A program made the translations under genes and the position numbers. This document shows positions 16,071-29,645 of a DNA stretch of 64,000 nt, one piece after another. Position 1 is the first letter of the stretch. Every line of letters starts with the position of its first letter. The DNA is from Lama guanicoe (taxonomy: Eukaryota): contig MU053810.1 in NCBI GenBank assembly GCA_013239625.1, positions 2,491,518-2,555,517 on the forward strand. Reading direction: 5' to 3'. The notes below the pieces were generated by a model. That model was given only the letters and a program-made list of their open reading frames with translations, was not told the DNA's origin and did no database searches.

Positions 16071-16579
16071 AGTACATAAAGCATCATTTTACCTTTCGAC
16101 ACTTACCTCCTACCGCCCTGCAACAGAAACTCTCCACCCTCAGTAGTCTGCCATCTCCATGGCTCTCTACACCCATTGCAACACTCTTGAAATGCTTTCC
16201 TGAAGCACTTTTCTGAACTGTCCTTCAGTGCTTAGCTCAGACCCCTGCCTCCGCCTCTAAAGCTTCCCATATGGTCCCCAAATATCGCAAGCCTCCCTCC
16301 CGTCTCTGGCCTCGCATAGCACTTCGAGTCAGTTGGCATTTGTCACAGCTCGGTTTACTTTCTTGGTTCATTTTTTAGTGTTTTGCATCCCCGATAGGGT
16401 TTGAGGCTCTCATATAGCAGGACACACATTGGTTTGTTATTCTCTTGACTCAACAACTTCACCCCAGAATCTGCCCTAAATAGTTTTGACTAGTTAGTAC
16501 CTCGTGAAGACGTCTCTTGAAAAGCCCTGACCGAAAGAATAACACACTGAGACAGGCCCCTGGAAACTGGAGCTCGTCC

Positions 16580-17020
16580 TTGCATTAGTCAGGCGTGCAA
16601 GAGACAAAAAAGTGGACCATAGTGATTCAAATAACTGAAAAGTTGAGGTGTAAATTCAGAGACCCGGTGGTATTTTTAGTCCGCTCTCCCCTTCCCCTTT
16701 TCTCCTTCTCTAAGCTGTGCTATTTGTGACAGACTCAGCTCCTTTCAGCCTAGCTTAGAAAGCCTGAAAGAGAAGGTAATTTTTTCCTCTCAACATGCAT
16801 ATGTCCAAACCTCAGTGAAAGATTCTGATTGGTCCCTAATGCAACTCAGTGCCCATCCTTTGCCCAATCACTGTGGCCGGGGAATGAGATATTACAATTG
16901 GCCAGATCTGGATCACATGTGGTGAGATAAGCAGACCCAGGAGAACTGCATGGAGTGGCGGATTGACAGCTCCCCGGGGAAGGTTACCAGAGGAAAGGGG
17001 AAAGGAATTCTGGGAGGAAC
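16580..17020 (-). mobile_element. Old MLT1-type LTR fragments
   Basis: 'tgcattagtcagg...caagagacaaaa' and 'gattctgattgg...gtgcccatcctttgcccaatcactgtggccggggaatg'. Confidence 0.5.
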
Positions 17021-17317
17021 CCTTCCATCCCCACCCCCGGAAATGGCCTCCACCACAGCCCTAGTTCTCACCTGACAAATGGTCCTGGCCCAGCTGTTTA
17101 ATCACCACATGGTAATTGTCGCACTTTGTTGCACTCTTACTGTGTGTCAGATAATGTGCCTGTACTTTGTGATGTAATTATAAGCTCATGTAGAAAAGAA
17201 TATAATGTCTACGTGGTGTCTCTAACCCTGTGAACAAGGTGAGCAAGTGAACAAGGCTAATGTTATCCAGCTTATTTTACAGTTGAAAAAATTGAGCTTT
17301 AAAAAAGTCCAGTGACC

Positions 17318-18053
17318 TGTGTCTTAGCTCAGGCTGCTATGACAAAGTACATTAGACTGGCTGACTTGTAAATCACAGATGTTTATTTCTCAAATTCTGG
17401 AGGCTGGAAGTCCAAGATCCGGGTGGCAGCATGGTCAAGTTCTGGTGAGAGCCCTCTTCCAGGTTGCAGACTGCTGCCTTCTGTGTGCATCTTCACATGA
17501 CAGATAGAAGCAGATTCTCTCAGAACTCCTGTAAAGGCACTAACCCCATTCTGCAGGCCCCATCCTCGTCACCTCATCTAACCCTAATCATCTCCCAAAG
17601 GCCCCACCTCCTGCTACCATCAGTGGGGGTGGGGCAGATAGGTTTTTTTTATTACTTTCTTTTTTTTTAAATTTTATTGTGTTATTTTTAAAACATTTTT
17701 ATTGAGTTATAGTCATTTTACAATGTTGTGACAAATTCCAGTGTAGAGCACAACTTTTCAGTTATGCATGAACATACGTATATTCATTGTCACTTTTTTT
17801 TTTGCTGCGAGGTACCACAAGATCTTCTGTATATTTTTTCCCTGTGCTATACAGCATAATCTTGTCTATCTATTCTACATATACCTGTCAGTATCTACAA
17901 ATTTTGAACTCCCAGTCTGTCCCTTCCCATCTGCCCTCTCTTGGCAACCACAAGTTTGTAGTCTATGTTTTGTATTTATGTTCTTTTTTTTTTTTTTTAA
18001 GAGATAGGGTTTTAACTTACGAATTTTGAGGGGATACATTCAGTTCATAACAA
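17318..18053 (-). mobile_element. MLT1A/B-like LTR interrupted by an L1 3' fragment
   Basis: 'tgtgtcttagctcaggctgctatgacaaagtac...tttatttctcaaattctggaggctggaagtccaagatc'. The LTR resumes after the L1 with 'gaattttgagggggatacattcagttcataaca'. Confidence 0.85.
17647..18001 (-). mobile_element. Lineage-specific L1 3' UTR fragment (5'-truncated)
   Basis: Poly-T head. Closely similar to 43627-43940. TSD-like AGATAGG(G)TTTT at 17636-17646 and 18002-18013. Confidence 0.85.
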
Positions 18054-18636
18054 CCTGCTCAAAGCCAGTTATGGAATTTACAACTCTTAAGTCTGTGCTT
18101 CAATTTCTCTCTGTGTGGGGTTCTTAATATCTCTCAACTTCACAGAGATGTTTTAAACATGAAAAGAAGTATGCCAAGGTTTTTGAGACTTACTCATTCC
18201 TCCGGCATGCCATGCCCTGCATCTTCCCACCTGCAGCCTTCAAGGCCATGTCCTCCAGCAAGCTCTCTCAAGTCCTCCACTGATATCAGTGATGTGGCTT
18301 ATTCTGAATTCCTTGGCAACACACCCACAGCACCCTCCTGCATGTGCCAGCTTTTCCTCTGTATCACAGACAGGGATGTTAGCTCCTCCACCAGGTAAGA
18401 TGTTAACTCCTCTCAGTAAGTTTTTGAGGAAGGGGACCATTCCTAATTTAAGTTCATATACAGCATGTGTTTAACCCATCCATGGCAGGCTTTAAATAAA
18501 CATTTTTCAATTAATGAATACATTTTTAAAAATTAATTGATGTGTAAATAAGAAGTTCCCCTTAAATTCAAAGCACAGATATTTGGGCTTCTAATAAGAG
18601 CACAGAATGTTAAGGCTATAAGAGGTCCCCCGAAAT

Positions 18637-18893
18637 CCAGGGCCAGTCTGCAAACTGTTTGTTACTGATCCACAACAAACTAGGTCAAGAAATTGAGAAT
18701 AAGTATGTAGCAACTTCTATAGCAATTTGGCAATAGTAAAGAAAAAGTTAGACTTACATTCTGTATGTCTTTGTTTTTAGACATATTTTTCTAACAACTC
18801 ATTTTTACTGTACCTTATAAAGTATCAGCCCAAAATGGATTGGGAATTTTAAAAAAATTATAATTCTTCTCCAGAGATCATTTGAGCAGCATC
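18637..18893. mobile_element. hAT-Charlie-like DNA transposon relic (MER112-like)
   Basis: 'ctgcaaactgtttgttactgatccac' and the terminal 'ccagagatcatttgagcagcat'. Confidence 0.45.
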
Positions 18894-19494
18894 ATCTTGT
18901 CTAAACTCTCACTCAGAACAGAAGCCTTTTCTCTATTCCTAGCCAGGCAGCCTCTAACACTTTCCAGTAGAACATTCAACATTTGCACCATCCAAATTCC
19001 ACTTGCAGGTTGTTTTGTAACTTAACTATTTGTATTCTGACCTTGGAAGGTTGTCCAGCTCTGTCAGAGAAGGAAAAAAACTTCCCCAGCCTTGGGTGGA
19101 GATGAGCTTGAGAGGCCTCAGCGAGGCTGACCCGGATCTGAGGCTCAGTTTTCTGCAAAAGAAGGAACCTTCCATTCCTAAGATTTTATAATCCTGAGAT
19201 TCGTTCATGAGCTTTTCTACTTGTCTGAGATTTGAGTGAGACAAGTTCTTGTCTCTAAAGAATAGTCCACTGCAGCCCACTCCCTTGGAAAAAAGCTCCC
19301 ATGTTGACACTTAATGAGTTGACTATACAACTGCAGTAAATCCCATGTATAATTTACATGGTCTAAATAATATTAGATTACTCAAAATCCAAAGTAAAGC
19401 TTTATAGACCTGCTGAGGAAAGCAGATCTCTGCTCTCCTCTAAATCATGGATTTAGTAGTAGTGGTAACAACAATAATAATCACAATAATCATA

Positions 19495-19740
19495 CAGCTA
19501 AAAATTATTGAGCACCTATTCTATGCCAAGCATTGGGTTAAGTGCTTTACATAAATTATCTCATTTATTTGTCAAAATAACACTTAGGAAGGTAATGTGA
19601 TTATTCCCATTGTACAGACAAGAAAATTGAGATGTGGAGAGGTTAAGAAACTTGCCCAAGATGCATGGCTAAAGAGGGGCTGGGCCAAGATTAGAATCGT
19701 GCTGATGTGAACGCAGAGTCTGCATCCTTAACCACTGCAT
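19495..19740. mobile_element. MIR SINE
   Basis: 'ttattgagcacctattctatgccaagcattgggttaagtgctttacata...cccattgtacagacaagaaaattgag...aggttaagaaacttgcccaag'. Confidence 0.85.
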
Positions 19741-20246
19741 TATTGGGAGGAGGGAAATGAAGGGCATAAACAAACAAATGAACAAAAAATAGTGAAGTAT
19801 GCTGACTCTTCAAATACAGGTGCTTTATTTTTCATGTCAAAATTCTATTCAACTATTTATTTAAAATAATAAATTTACTTAAATTCATTTATTTAAGTAA
19901 AGCAACATAGAATTCTTTCAGTATTTTTAGGCAGAACAAAACTAAAATCTCTCATGCTTATTGTAATTAAGCCCATCTTCGTGCAGACTAAAAGAAACCC
20001 ACTTTAATATTAAGATAGAGTTTAGTTTAAAATGCAACAATAGAAAAAGACATGATATGCAAGCACTAGTCACAAGAAAGCTGGAATGATCATATTAATA
20101 TCAGCCAAAGCAGACTTCAGGTCAAACCATATCATCAGAGAAAAAGAGAGACATTTCATGTTGACTAAAGGTCAATTCATCACAAAGACATAGCAATTAT
20201 AAATGTGTGTGCACCTAAAAACAGGGCTTTAAAATACATGAAGCCA

Positions 20247-20389
20247 GGTGAGGGTATAGCTCAAGTGGTAGAGTGCATCCTTAGCATGCACAAGGTCCTG
20301 GGTTCAATCCCCAGTACCTCCTCTAGAAAAAAGTAAATAAACCTAATTACCTTCCTCCCACCCCCACCAAAAGATAAAATAAAATAAAT
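20247..20389 (+). mobile_element. tRNA-Ala-derived SINE (vic-1-like)
   Basis: A/B boxes and 'aaacctaattacc' tail. TSD AAAATACATGAAGCCA (20231-20246) / AAAACATATGAAGCCA (20390-20405). Confidence 0.93.
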
Positions 20390-20811
20390 AAAACATATGA
20401 AGCCAAAACTGAGAGAACCAAAGGGAGAAACAGACAAGTCCACATTTGTTATAGAAGATTTCAACACTTTTTATTCAGTAACTAATAGAAAAAGTGTCAG
20501 AGAATCAGTAAGAAACCTCACTATCTAAATCAATCAGATTGACTCAGTTGACATTTATGGAAGCTACATCTAATAACCACAGATCACACTTTTTTTAAGT
20601 GACATGGAATATTCATTAGTAAAAATCATATGCTAGCGTATAAAATAAGTCTCAATAAATTTAAAAGGATTGAAATCACACAGTGTATTTGCCAACAATA
20701 ACATAATTAAATTAAAAATTTATAGCAAAAAGAAATATGTGAAGTATCTAATTATTTCAGTATTAAGAAACACACTATAAAATAACTTGTAGTTTAAAGA
20801 AGAAAAGGAAA

Positions 20812-20950
20812 GGGGGGGTATAGCTCAAGTGGTAGAGCACATGTTTGGCATGCATGAGGTCCTGGGTTCAATCCCCAGTACTTCCTCAAAAAATAAATAA
20901 ACAAATAAATCTAATAAATTACCACTGCCCTGCCAAAAAAAAAAAAAAGA
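20812..20950 (+). mobile_element. tRNA-Ala-derived SINE (vic-1-like)
   Basis: A/B boxes and poly-A tail, inserted in L1. Confidence 0.9.
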
Positions 20951-23207
20951 AGAAGAAGAAACGAAAAGGGATATTCAAAAATATTTTTAATAAAATGACC
21001 ATGAAAGCACGACACATCAAAAGTTGCGGGACGCAAACTAAAGCAACTCTTAGGAAATTTATAGCTTTAAGTGTTTACGTTAGAAAAGAAGAAAAGTTTA
21101 AAATCAGTGATCTCTGCTTCCACCTTAACAAGAGAGGAAAAGAAGAGCACATAAAATTAAGGAGAGGAAGGAGGTCAAGATAAGAATAGAAGTCAGTGTA
21201 TCAGAAATAGGCAAAGAATAGAGTAAAATCAAAACTTGGTTTTTTTTGACAAAATAAAATTGAAAAACCTCTAGCTAGACTGATGCCAGAAAAAAGAAGG
21301 TAAAAAACAAATTATCAGTATTAGGAGTGAAAGCACAGGCAACACTATGTATCCTATAGATATCAAAAGGAAAATAAGGAAATATTATGAAAAAAATTAT
21401 GCCAATGAATGTGACAACATAGATAAAATAGAACATTTTCTTGAAAGATACAAATTACCAGAATTATTACAAAATAGAGAATCTAAATAAACTTGCATCT
21501 ATTTAAAAAAAGGTAAATTTGTAATTAAAAACTTTCTTATGAAGAAAATTCCAAGAGTTCATGGGTGAATTCTATCAAATATTTAAGGGAAAAATACTAC
21601 CACTTTTATACAAACTCTTTCAGAAAAGAAGAGGAGGGAATGTTTCTCAACTCATTTTATGAGGCCACCGTAACATTACTATCAAAACCAGGGAAAGATG
21701 TTGCAAGAAAAAGAAGCTACAGATTAACATCCCTTATGATCATAGATACAAAAATCCTCAAAGATTAGTACATTGATCATTAAATATTAAAGAATATATT
21801 TAACAGATGATAAATACATCATAACCAAGTGAGGTTTATCTCAGCAATGCAAGATTATTTAAACATTTAAAATTCCATCAATATAACTCACCATAACAAA
21901 AGGAGGAGAAAAGTCATGTGGTTATTTCAAAAGACGCAGAAAAAGAATTTGACAAAATTCAACAACCATGTATAATAAAAATAAATGGAAACAGGAAAAT
22001 AGGACAAAGAACATCTACCAAAAATCTACGGTTAACATCATATTTAATGGTGAAATACTGAATGTTTTGTCTACTCTTGCACTTCTATTCAGCATTTTAT
22101 TCAAGTTCTTAGTTATTGAAATAAGACAAGAAAGATAAATAAAAGACATACACAGATTGGAAAGAGGAAATTAAAACCATCTTTAAACACAGATGAAATA
22201 TTATGAATATAGGAGTCGTGAAGAATCCAAAAAAATCTAATTCTGTTAGTTCAGTGCTCCAGGGTTTTGAGTCAGTTGAGTCTGAAGTGTTGGGAAGGTT
22301 CCTGGTTGGAAAAACTTTACAAGTTTGTCAGACAACACCATCTAGAAATACCATTCTGAAGTGTAAGGCAATCAACTATATAAATATTTTTTGTTCCAGA
22401 TATCTTTACCCAAGCGCCTATAGGTTTAACTAACATGCAAGTGAATAAACAGATATATACGTAGAAATCAATGTTAAGAAATTCCATGCAAAATGTAGAG
22501 AAATGTCTAAGAAATCTGAGTTTAGGAACCAAAATTCAGAGATTCCAGACACTTTCTAAGCAGTATGCCCAAAACAAAACTGATGGAATCATGTAAGCAA
22601 CAGCCTGGATTCTGTCTTTGGTTTATGACTATGTATGAAAAATAAAATAAATTTGGAGAATAGATTCCATACTCTTTAAATTCTTTCTCACACATGAAGT
22701 TACACACTTTATTAAATGCTTTAGAAACATATGTAATAAATTAACTAATAATATGTCATAGACTTTTTACCACAATTAAATAAACAAAACTTTAATTGCA
22801 GAAAATGTGTTTTACAGTAAAACACATACATATAGAGTCAAGAGCCTGCCCTTTGACCTAAAAATTCCATTTCTGGGATTTTAGCCTAAAGAAATACAAA
22901 AATTCATAAATTGTTTATGCACAAAAATGTCCACTGTAACATTTTTTATAACAATAAAAGAATGAATTCTGCCTAGACGTCCAACAAAAGTAAACCCGAG
23001 TTCAACCACAGGGTAGACAATTACATAGATGTATATGATATACAGAAAGATGTAATAACATGGGGAAAATAATCATTGCTAACATTTACTGAGTACTTTC
23101 TGAAAGCCAGGAATGGTGTTAAGGGCTTCACACACATTAGCTCATTCCATCTTCACAAGAGTCCTGTTGCAAAAGTCCATTCATTGCTCCCTTTTTAGAA
23201 ATGAACT

Positions 23208-23335
23208 GGGGAGGGTATAGCTCAAGTGGTAGAGCACATGCTCAGCATACACAAGGTCCTAGCTTCAATCCCCAGCACCCCCTCTAAAAATAAATGAAGT
23301 AAACCTAATTACCTCCCACCCCACTCCCCAAAAAA
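23208..23335 (+). mobile_element. tRNA-Ala-derived SINE inserted in a MIR (about 23075-23440)
   Basis: 'ggggagggtatagctcaagtggtagagc...ttcaatccccagcacc'. MIR core continues on both sides. Confidence 0.9.
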
Positions 23336-24149
23336 TGAGAAAGTGATGCATCGAAAGGTTATTAACTTGTCTAAAGTCACACAGATATTGAAGAAGCTGC
23401 CATTTAAAGCCAGGCAGTGATACTTCAGAGACTTTACCAGTGTTAAACCAAAAATATATAATGCAGAATTATAGGAAGACATCATCTGTCCCACATTTTC
23501 AAAAGGGGAAATGAGGATAAAGGGGGGAAATGCATCAGAAGATTAGCAATGGTTTACTCTGCATGGGAAAAGCATGGGTTTTCTGCTTTCTGTGTATTCC
23601 AGTTTTTCAATAATATAAATAAGATATTTATTGCAGACATTCATTTTGATCCACCTTCTAATCCTTGATTACCTTTGGACTTCTGAGGTAAAAAGGAGAT
23701 CACCCTCCCCCAAACCTCCCAGCCCACACCGGGGAGGACTGGCTGCACCCACTCAGGCTGCCCAGGCAAAATGTACAGCGGGACAAGGTTAGGATGAGTC
23801 CATGGGTGGAGACTTGTTTGACTTGCATGCACAAAGCCCTTCCATCTTGTCCCACATCCTGTGACCCTCTCCACCACGCCCCCATCCCATTCCCCACCTA
23901 CTGACTCCCTTTGAGGAAAACCACCTAATGTAATTCATCTCTATATCTCTCTCCAGACCTAGACCAGGGCTCCACATATAATTCCCATACAATATAATAA
24001 ATAAAAGCCTGAAAAAACAAGATGTTGTGATCAGAAGAAAGAATTTCTGAGAACAAAAAATATGACTATGCACTTCAAAGGGGAGGAGGGCTTCTCTGAC
24101 CAGATGGCTCACATCCTGCTCCAAGAAGGCACAGGGAGCTGTCTTAGCC

Positions 24150-24580
24150 CCATGGTACCCATTGTGATGCACACCCAGACTCCCTCCTGTGAGGTGGGGC
24201 TGGGTAGGGGCAGGGAGGACAGGGGAGGACAGCCATCACTCTTTCAGCTGCTGGGAGTGGTGGCTGCAAAAGTTCACAGTTGAATCTCTCTTCACTCCCC
24301 AGAGGAAGACCACATCCACTGACTAGTCGGCGTCCTAGTACAAAGACCTAGCCCACCATGCCTCCATATGGGACAACATCAAAAAGCCATGCCAGCTCTG
24401 GAGCTCCCCTTGCAGTTAGATGAAGCCTTTGTTGTTACCACCTTGCAGCTCAAATGCTCCCTCTGCTCATTCCTGCTTCCTTCACTCCTCAGAGCTGTTG
24501 ACACCAAGCACACTCCTCAGCTGAACTTCTGCATGTGAATCTCCATCTCAGAGTCTCTTTCCCAGGAACCTGACCTAGGA
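24150..24580 (+). mobile_element. ERVL-class LTR (LTR33/LTR16-like)
   Basis: 3' motif 'aacttctgcatgtgaatctccatctcagagtctctttcccaggaacctgacctag'. Confidence 0.6.
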
Positions 24581-25987
24581 AAACCCCTGGAAAACAGCAG
24601 GTCCCACTGGGGCCTGATTGTTAATAAGACACAGATGCCCGGGGTAAGTTGAGCCCAGGAGTTCAACCTAGTGGGAGGACTCCCAACTGCTTCCCAAATC
24701 TTAGGAAGGGAAGGGGCAAGTTCAGGAAGATGGGGAGTGGGGGTGTCAGGGTGCAAATACAGGGATGGGTGAGCAAACACTGGTATTTCAGAGATGTTAA
24801 AAATGAGATGAGAGAGAGCGTAGCAAGTGTTGGAATCAATGAAATGAGACTTATCCCAGAGGCCAGGTTGAGGAGCTAAGTCCCATAATTCATTGACTGT
24901 ATCCTGTGTAACGTCCGTGTCAGGAAGGGGTAGGGAAAGACAAGGAGGCATGGGTCAGGAAGACAACAATTAGAGAATGCAAGTAATCTATAGTTTCAAT
25001 TCATCTTTAGCAATTCAGGTTACAAATCACTACCTAAACATGGCACATTAAATATTTGCTAGTTCATAATTGCTTAAAGTGACATCATACACTAAATAAT
25101 GACCCAATTAATTAATCAATGGACAGACCAGTCTAGATCACAGAGAACACTCCCAAAATACCCAGTAGGAAATGCTTCATATGTTCAAACACAAGCCAAT
25201 GTGTTTCCAAAATTAACCCTCAGAAAAGATGGAAAATTTTTATATTTGAGTCCTTATGAAACCTTTCATATTATGAAGTACTGTATCCATTACTTTATTT
25301 TAAACTACAAAGTACTGTTTGAGGAACACATACTAGCCTAACTTTAATGAATACTAGTTTGGATGTTTATATATATATAACTGAATTTTTTAAAGGGCAT
25401 ATTGTTATACATTCATTGTGTCTCGAGATATGACAATTACAAGTGTTGGATGTCATTGTAATTAAGCCTTTCAAAAATCACCTAAAACAGCACAGAAAGT
25501 AGTTACACTGTGGCCAGCACAGATGAGTCAGGAAGCCAACAGGAGAAATAAAAAAACCCATTGGCTGTAACATTATGTGAATGGCTACTTGTGACTTGGG
25601 GTGGAATCTCTAGTGACCCCCATCATTCATGGAATCAAAAAGTGCTCTGTCTCAAACAATTCAGACAGAAATACAAAGTGCTCTGACAAACTGTGACTCT
25701 GGTAATAATTAAAGAAAACAAAGATGCCAAAAATAATTAAAGATGCCAAAGATTTCTTTAATAGCCTAAATTAAATTTTTTTCATTCATATTTTTAAAGT
25801 ATACATTTTATATGTGATTTTAAATATGTAATTACAATAATAAATATTATGAGCAGACATTGGACTATTTCCTCTATATCCTCAGAACTTTGTATATTCA
25901 AGTTGACAAAAGTAAAGATCCTAGTTGTAAAAAAAAAAGAAAGAAAGAAAGAAATAGGAACAGCGTTACATGCAATGTTGCCTTATA

Positions 25988-26182
25988 ATTTTTTAATGCT
26001 TTTATTTATTTATTGAATTTTTTTTATTTGGGGGGAGGTAATTAGGTGGTTTCTTTTTTTAATTTTTGGTTTTTTAGGGGGAGGTAATCAGGTTTATTTA
26101 TCTTTGATGGAGATGGTGGGGATTGAACCCAGGACCTTATGTATGTTGGGCATGCACTCTATCATTGAGCTATACCCTCCCC
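25988..26182 (-). mobile_element. tRNA-Ala-derived SINE with a duplicated tail unit
   Basis: Reverse A/B boxes and two 'ggggaggtaatyagg' tail units. TSD CAATGTTGCCTTATA (25973-25987) / CAATGCTGCCTTATA (26184-26198). Confidence 0.93.
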
Positions 26183-26786
26183 ACAATGCTGCCTTATACT
26201 TGAACACACTTGAATTTTGTCCTGAATTAGCTACTTTCCCAAATTCCTTATTTCATTTGGACTTCTTAAATGCCCCTTCCCCTTCAAAATTTATAGTAAA
26301 GACTAAAGATAATGAGCATGAAATGATTAAACAGGAAACTCTTAAATGACTGCAGTTAAATCTCCATCAATTTATGATGATAGCATCCAAGAATCTGCCT
26401 AATGGGAAACCTTGTTTAAGTCCAACTCAGCCTGGAAGTTTCTTTTTCCACCAAAATAAGCAAGTATATAGGCTTCTTCCTCATGCTCCAGTATGAAAGA
26501 GACATTCATTCAACAACCACCGATGGAAGGCCCTCTGTGGGTGAGATGCTGGTCCAGATGCTGCAGATGTAACAGTGAACAGGAAACACTGGTGCCTCCC
26601 CACCTCCCAGCACTTAGCGTGGGAGACAACACGTTGACAACTTGCCACACATTAAGTCATTTAGTTACAAGACAGGCTGAGCTCAGAGAGCATTTTGTAG
26701 GGTGGGGTAGAATTCAAGAGCACATGAATAATCAGAAAACAACACCAAGAAGAGGGGAAGCAGCATCTGCCTGGAACTTAGAGCTA

Positions 26787-27203
26787 TGTTTCTGAAAGTA
26801 AAAACAGTCTTACAAAAAACATTCAGCTGAGAAGATCTGAAGTTCTAACTGGCTTTACTTAATGATTCATGAATCAGACAGCATCCGACCTCGCAAAACA
26901 AAGGAACGCTAAGGAACTGTACAAAATGGACAAATGTTTATAGCCATAAGGGGTGGGGAAAGGAAGTTTCTAGCAAAGTTTCTAGAATGTTTCAGGCAAG
27001 GTCACCTTCCTATGGGGGATGGAAGGGGTCCATCAGAAGAATAACCTCACTGGTGCTGACCATGTAATTCCAGATTGACTGGCTAAAGGTCACATTCCCA
27101 GGGGAGGCTGAAATTGCAATCAGGTGAGGTATTAAGTTCTGGTCGGCTGAAGTGGATTTAGCACGGGTGACTCCATTTTGGGTCTGCTGTCTCTTTTTTA
27201 ACA
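26787..27203 (-). mobile_element. ERV1-like solo LTR
   Basis: TGTT...AACA ends. The minus strand starts 'tgttaaaaaagagacagcagacccaaaatggagtcacc', an ERV1 LTR-type opening. Confidence 0.65.
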
Positions 27204-28872
27204 AGAGAAAAGTCCTTCCTGGGAAAAGTAGACAACAGGCAATGAGCCACGCCCACTGGAGCCAGCTGAAAAGCCTTTACTCAGTTTAACAAGGGCTCTG
27301 TTATTTGAGCTCTAAATGGAACATTTTTTGCCATCAGAGATGTTCAATTAGTAGCAGAAAAAGGAAAGGCTCCCGATAGGACGAAGCAACCATTCTGGTG
27401 CAAACTGGTGCGGCATAAGAGTAACACGGGACACTCTGAAAAGGTCAGCAGACAAAACACAGAACCCGGCTGACAAAAGAGGAGAACAGACACACAGCGG
27501 AGACCCGGCCCTCCAGCACACACAGCTAAAGGTTTCCCCAAGTCCCCAGCAGTGAGGGATTATAAATTAATAGCAGAACCACACTGTAAGGTATCTGTAG
27601 CTGTTCTATATAAAATGGTGCTTACATTCAGCGCAGAGTAAATTGGATCTAGGTCTCCTTCCATGTGTGGGTTTTGGTGTTCTTAATTAATGCCTTTATT
27701 AGCTCAATGAAATTCCTTGCTAATGAGGTATTGCTACAGCCATGTTCAGAGACAGCCCCTAACTGACCTTGATGGTCCAAATTCCAGTGCCTCGAAGGGG
27801 TGGACCAGGTAAGCTACATCCCTTACCCTACAGATGCTGCCTTAATAAGCTACCTGAGTGTGCAGTGTGTGTCAATTACTTTGAAATACTTTTCAGCTAG
27901 TACTCTAGAAGAAAAAGAGGATGGATTAAATCAAAGGTTTTCAGTGCTGCCAACTGTTGAGGATGAATGTGTCATTTTCTAGATCAGAAAAAAAAAAGGA
28001 TATCTTAGACTTACAGTTATTTTCCGTCTTCTCTTTGTGCTCCCAGTTTCTGCTTAACATAATACTTCTCACACACCCCAGTGGCCTTTAGAGTATGAAC
28101 AAATTTCCCTGACATTACTCAGTTCGCCAGTCCCCTATTCTCATGCAAATTCCCCCTGTAAGTCCCCTGCTTTCTCTTTCCATTCCTATTTTGAAACATA
28201 AAAAGAACAACCCACCCCCTCACTGCCACCCCCAGGCCCTGAGGTGACACCAGGAGGGGCAGAAGCTAAATGACCTTTCATACCTTTTCCATCGCAAATT
28301 CCTGATTTGATCTCAATGTGTTCCCCTTAATGCTGCTGCCTGAACAGTCTGCAGTCCGAGTGTTTTCAATGCCCAGCAATTCACATCCATTAAAAAGTGA
28401 GATTAAATGTTAAAAACTGTTGTCCTGGACTCCTGAGTTCCATTTTTGGTTCTAATAATGATTTTTTTTTCCCCAAGGGCAGACTTTTACCCTCAGGAAA
28501 AATCATGATGCCTCTCTGATGTTAGGAACAGTTTTAAAGAAACCAGGCTAGATCTCTCCAACACAAAACAAATTGCCTGCTAAGTTTAGGAAATTCAGGG
28601 CAAGATACAGCAAGTGAATCACTTATTTGCTAAGCAAATACTTATCGATTACCTGCTTTATATCCTGTAGGAAATAAACACAGACAGTCCTTAATGCTCA
28701 AGAAACTTAGATCAAGTAGAGGAGATAAAACAAAAACATTTTTTAATGTGTGAGCCCTCAAAGGGCCACAGGAGTTCAGGGGAGGGAAAGAATTAAAACT
28801 TCCTTACAGTTGCTTTTTAAATTCTTTTTGATTGACTGCATAAAGGCCTGTAACAGAATCCCACAATATGAC

Positions 28873-29437
28873 TGTAGGAGTTCAGGACATCCCTAAATAC
28901 GCCACTTAGGTACATTGATGATTCTGAGCTATAGGAAGGGGCAGACTGGGGTTTCAAAATGTAGAAATAAAAAAATGTTTAAAAAAAAAAAAAAGCAGAA
29001 GCAGGGCAAGGCTTTCCCTGAACTTCCCTTATTTACTTAAAGACGGGTCCTCCAAAAGGAACTCAATTGTCATAAACCCCCTGCCAGGCAATTTCATCTA
29101 CCAGGAAAGATTGACTCTTCTCACTGGAGAGAAGACGAGACAAACTGTCACAAACTCTCATACCTCCCATCAATTCTTCTAAGGGTCCATTCATCTTCCC
29201 TAAAAATTATTTACTCTCCCCTAAGAAACTTACCCTTTCCCTATTAAGATGGTATTTAAGTCTGAAATCTAAGCCACCCGGGGAGCTCCTCATCTTTGCC
29301 TGGGTATCCCCCCCACCGTACACGTGAGGTACACCTGTTAGTAAACTTCTTTTCCCCCTGTTAAACTGTCTTTTATTACAGGGGTCCCTGCCAAGGACTT
29401 GGAAAGGTAGAGGGAAAATTATTTTTCCTCCCCTATA
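28873..29437 (+). mobile_element. MER34/MER39-like ERV1 solo LTR
   Basis: Starts 'tgtaggagttcaggacatccctaaatacgccactt' and ends 'agagggaaaattatttttcctcccctata'. Confidence 0.75.
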
Positions 29438-29645
29438 GGCCCAAACATGCCAAATTCAATCCAAACTAATTCAGTAGTCGTCAAAGTCCTAACGTATAAA
29501 AGGTTTGCCGTGAAGTCTACCAACATCATGATGAACAACAGTAGCCAAAGCTAACATTCAATGAATACTCACTCTGGGCCAGACGCTATGCTAAACCCTT
29601 CACATTATCCGATTTAACCCTCACAGCAACCCTAAAAGGTAGGGA

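Larger units (their letters stand above)
19990..22230 (+). mobile_element. Degenerate L1 ORF2 region (endonuclease to start of RT), carrying two SINE insertions
   Basis: A-rich. ORF fragments such as 'KATLRKFIALSVYVRKEE' and 'EEEGMFLNSFYEATVTLLSKPGKD...YRLTSLMIIDTKIL' are typical of L1 ORF2p. Many stops. Confidence 0.9.

Noticed and set aside
20247..20325. tRNA-Ala genes (this and similar copies)
   Set aside because: They have A-rich tails, TSDs and decayed stems, and there are many diverged copies, so they are SINEs.
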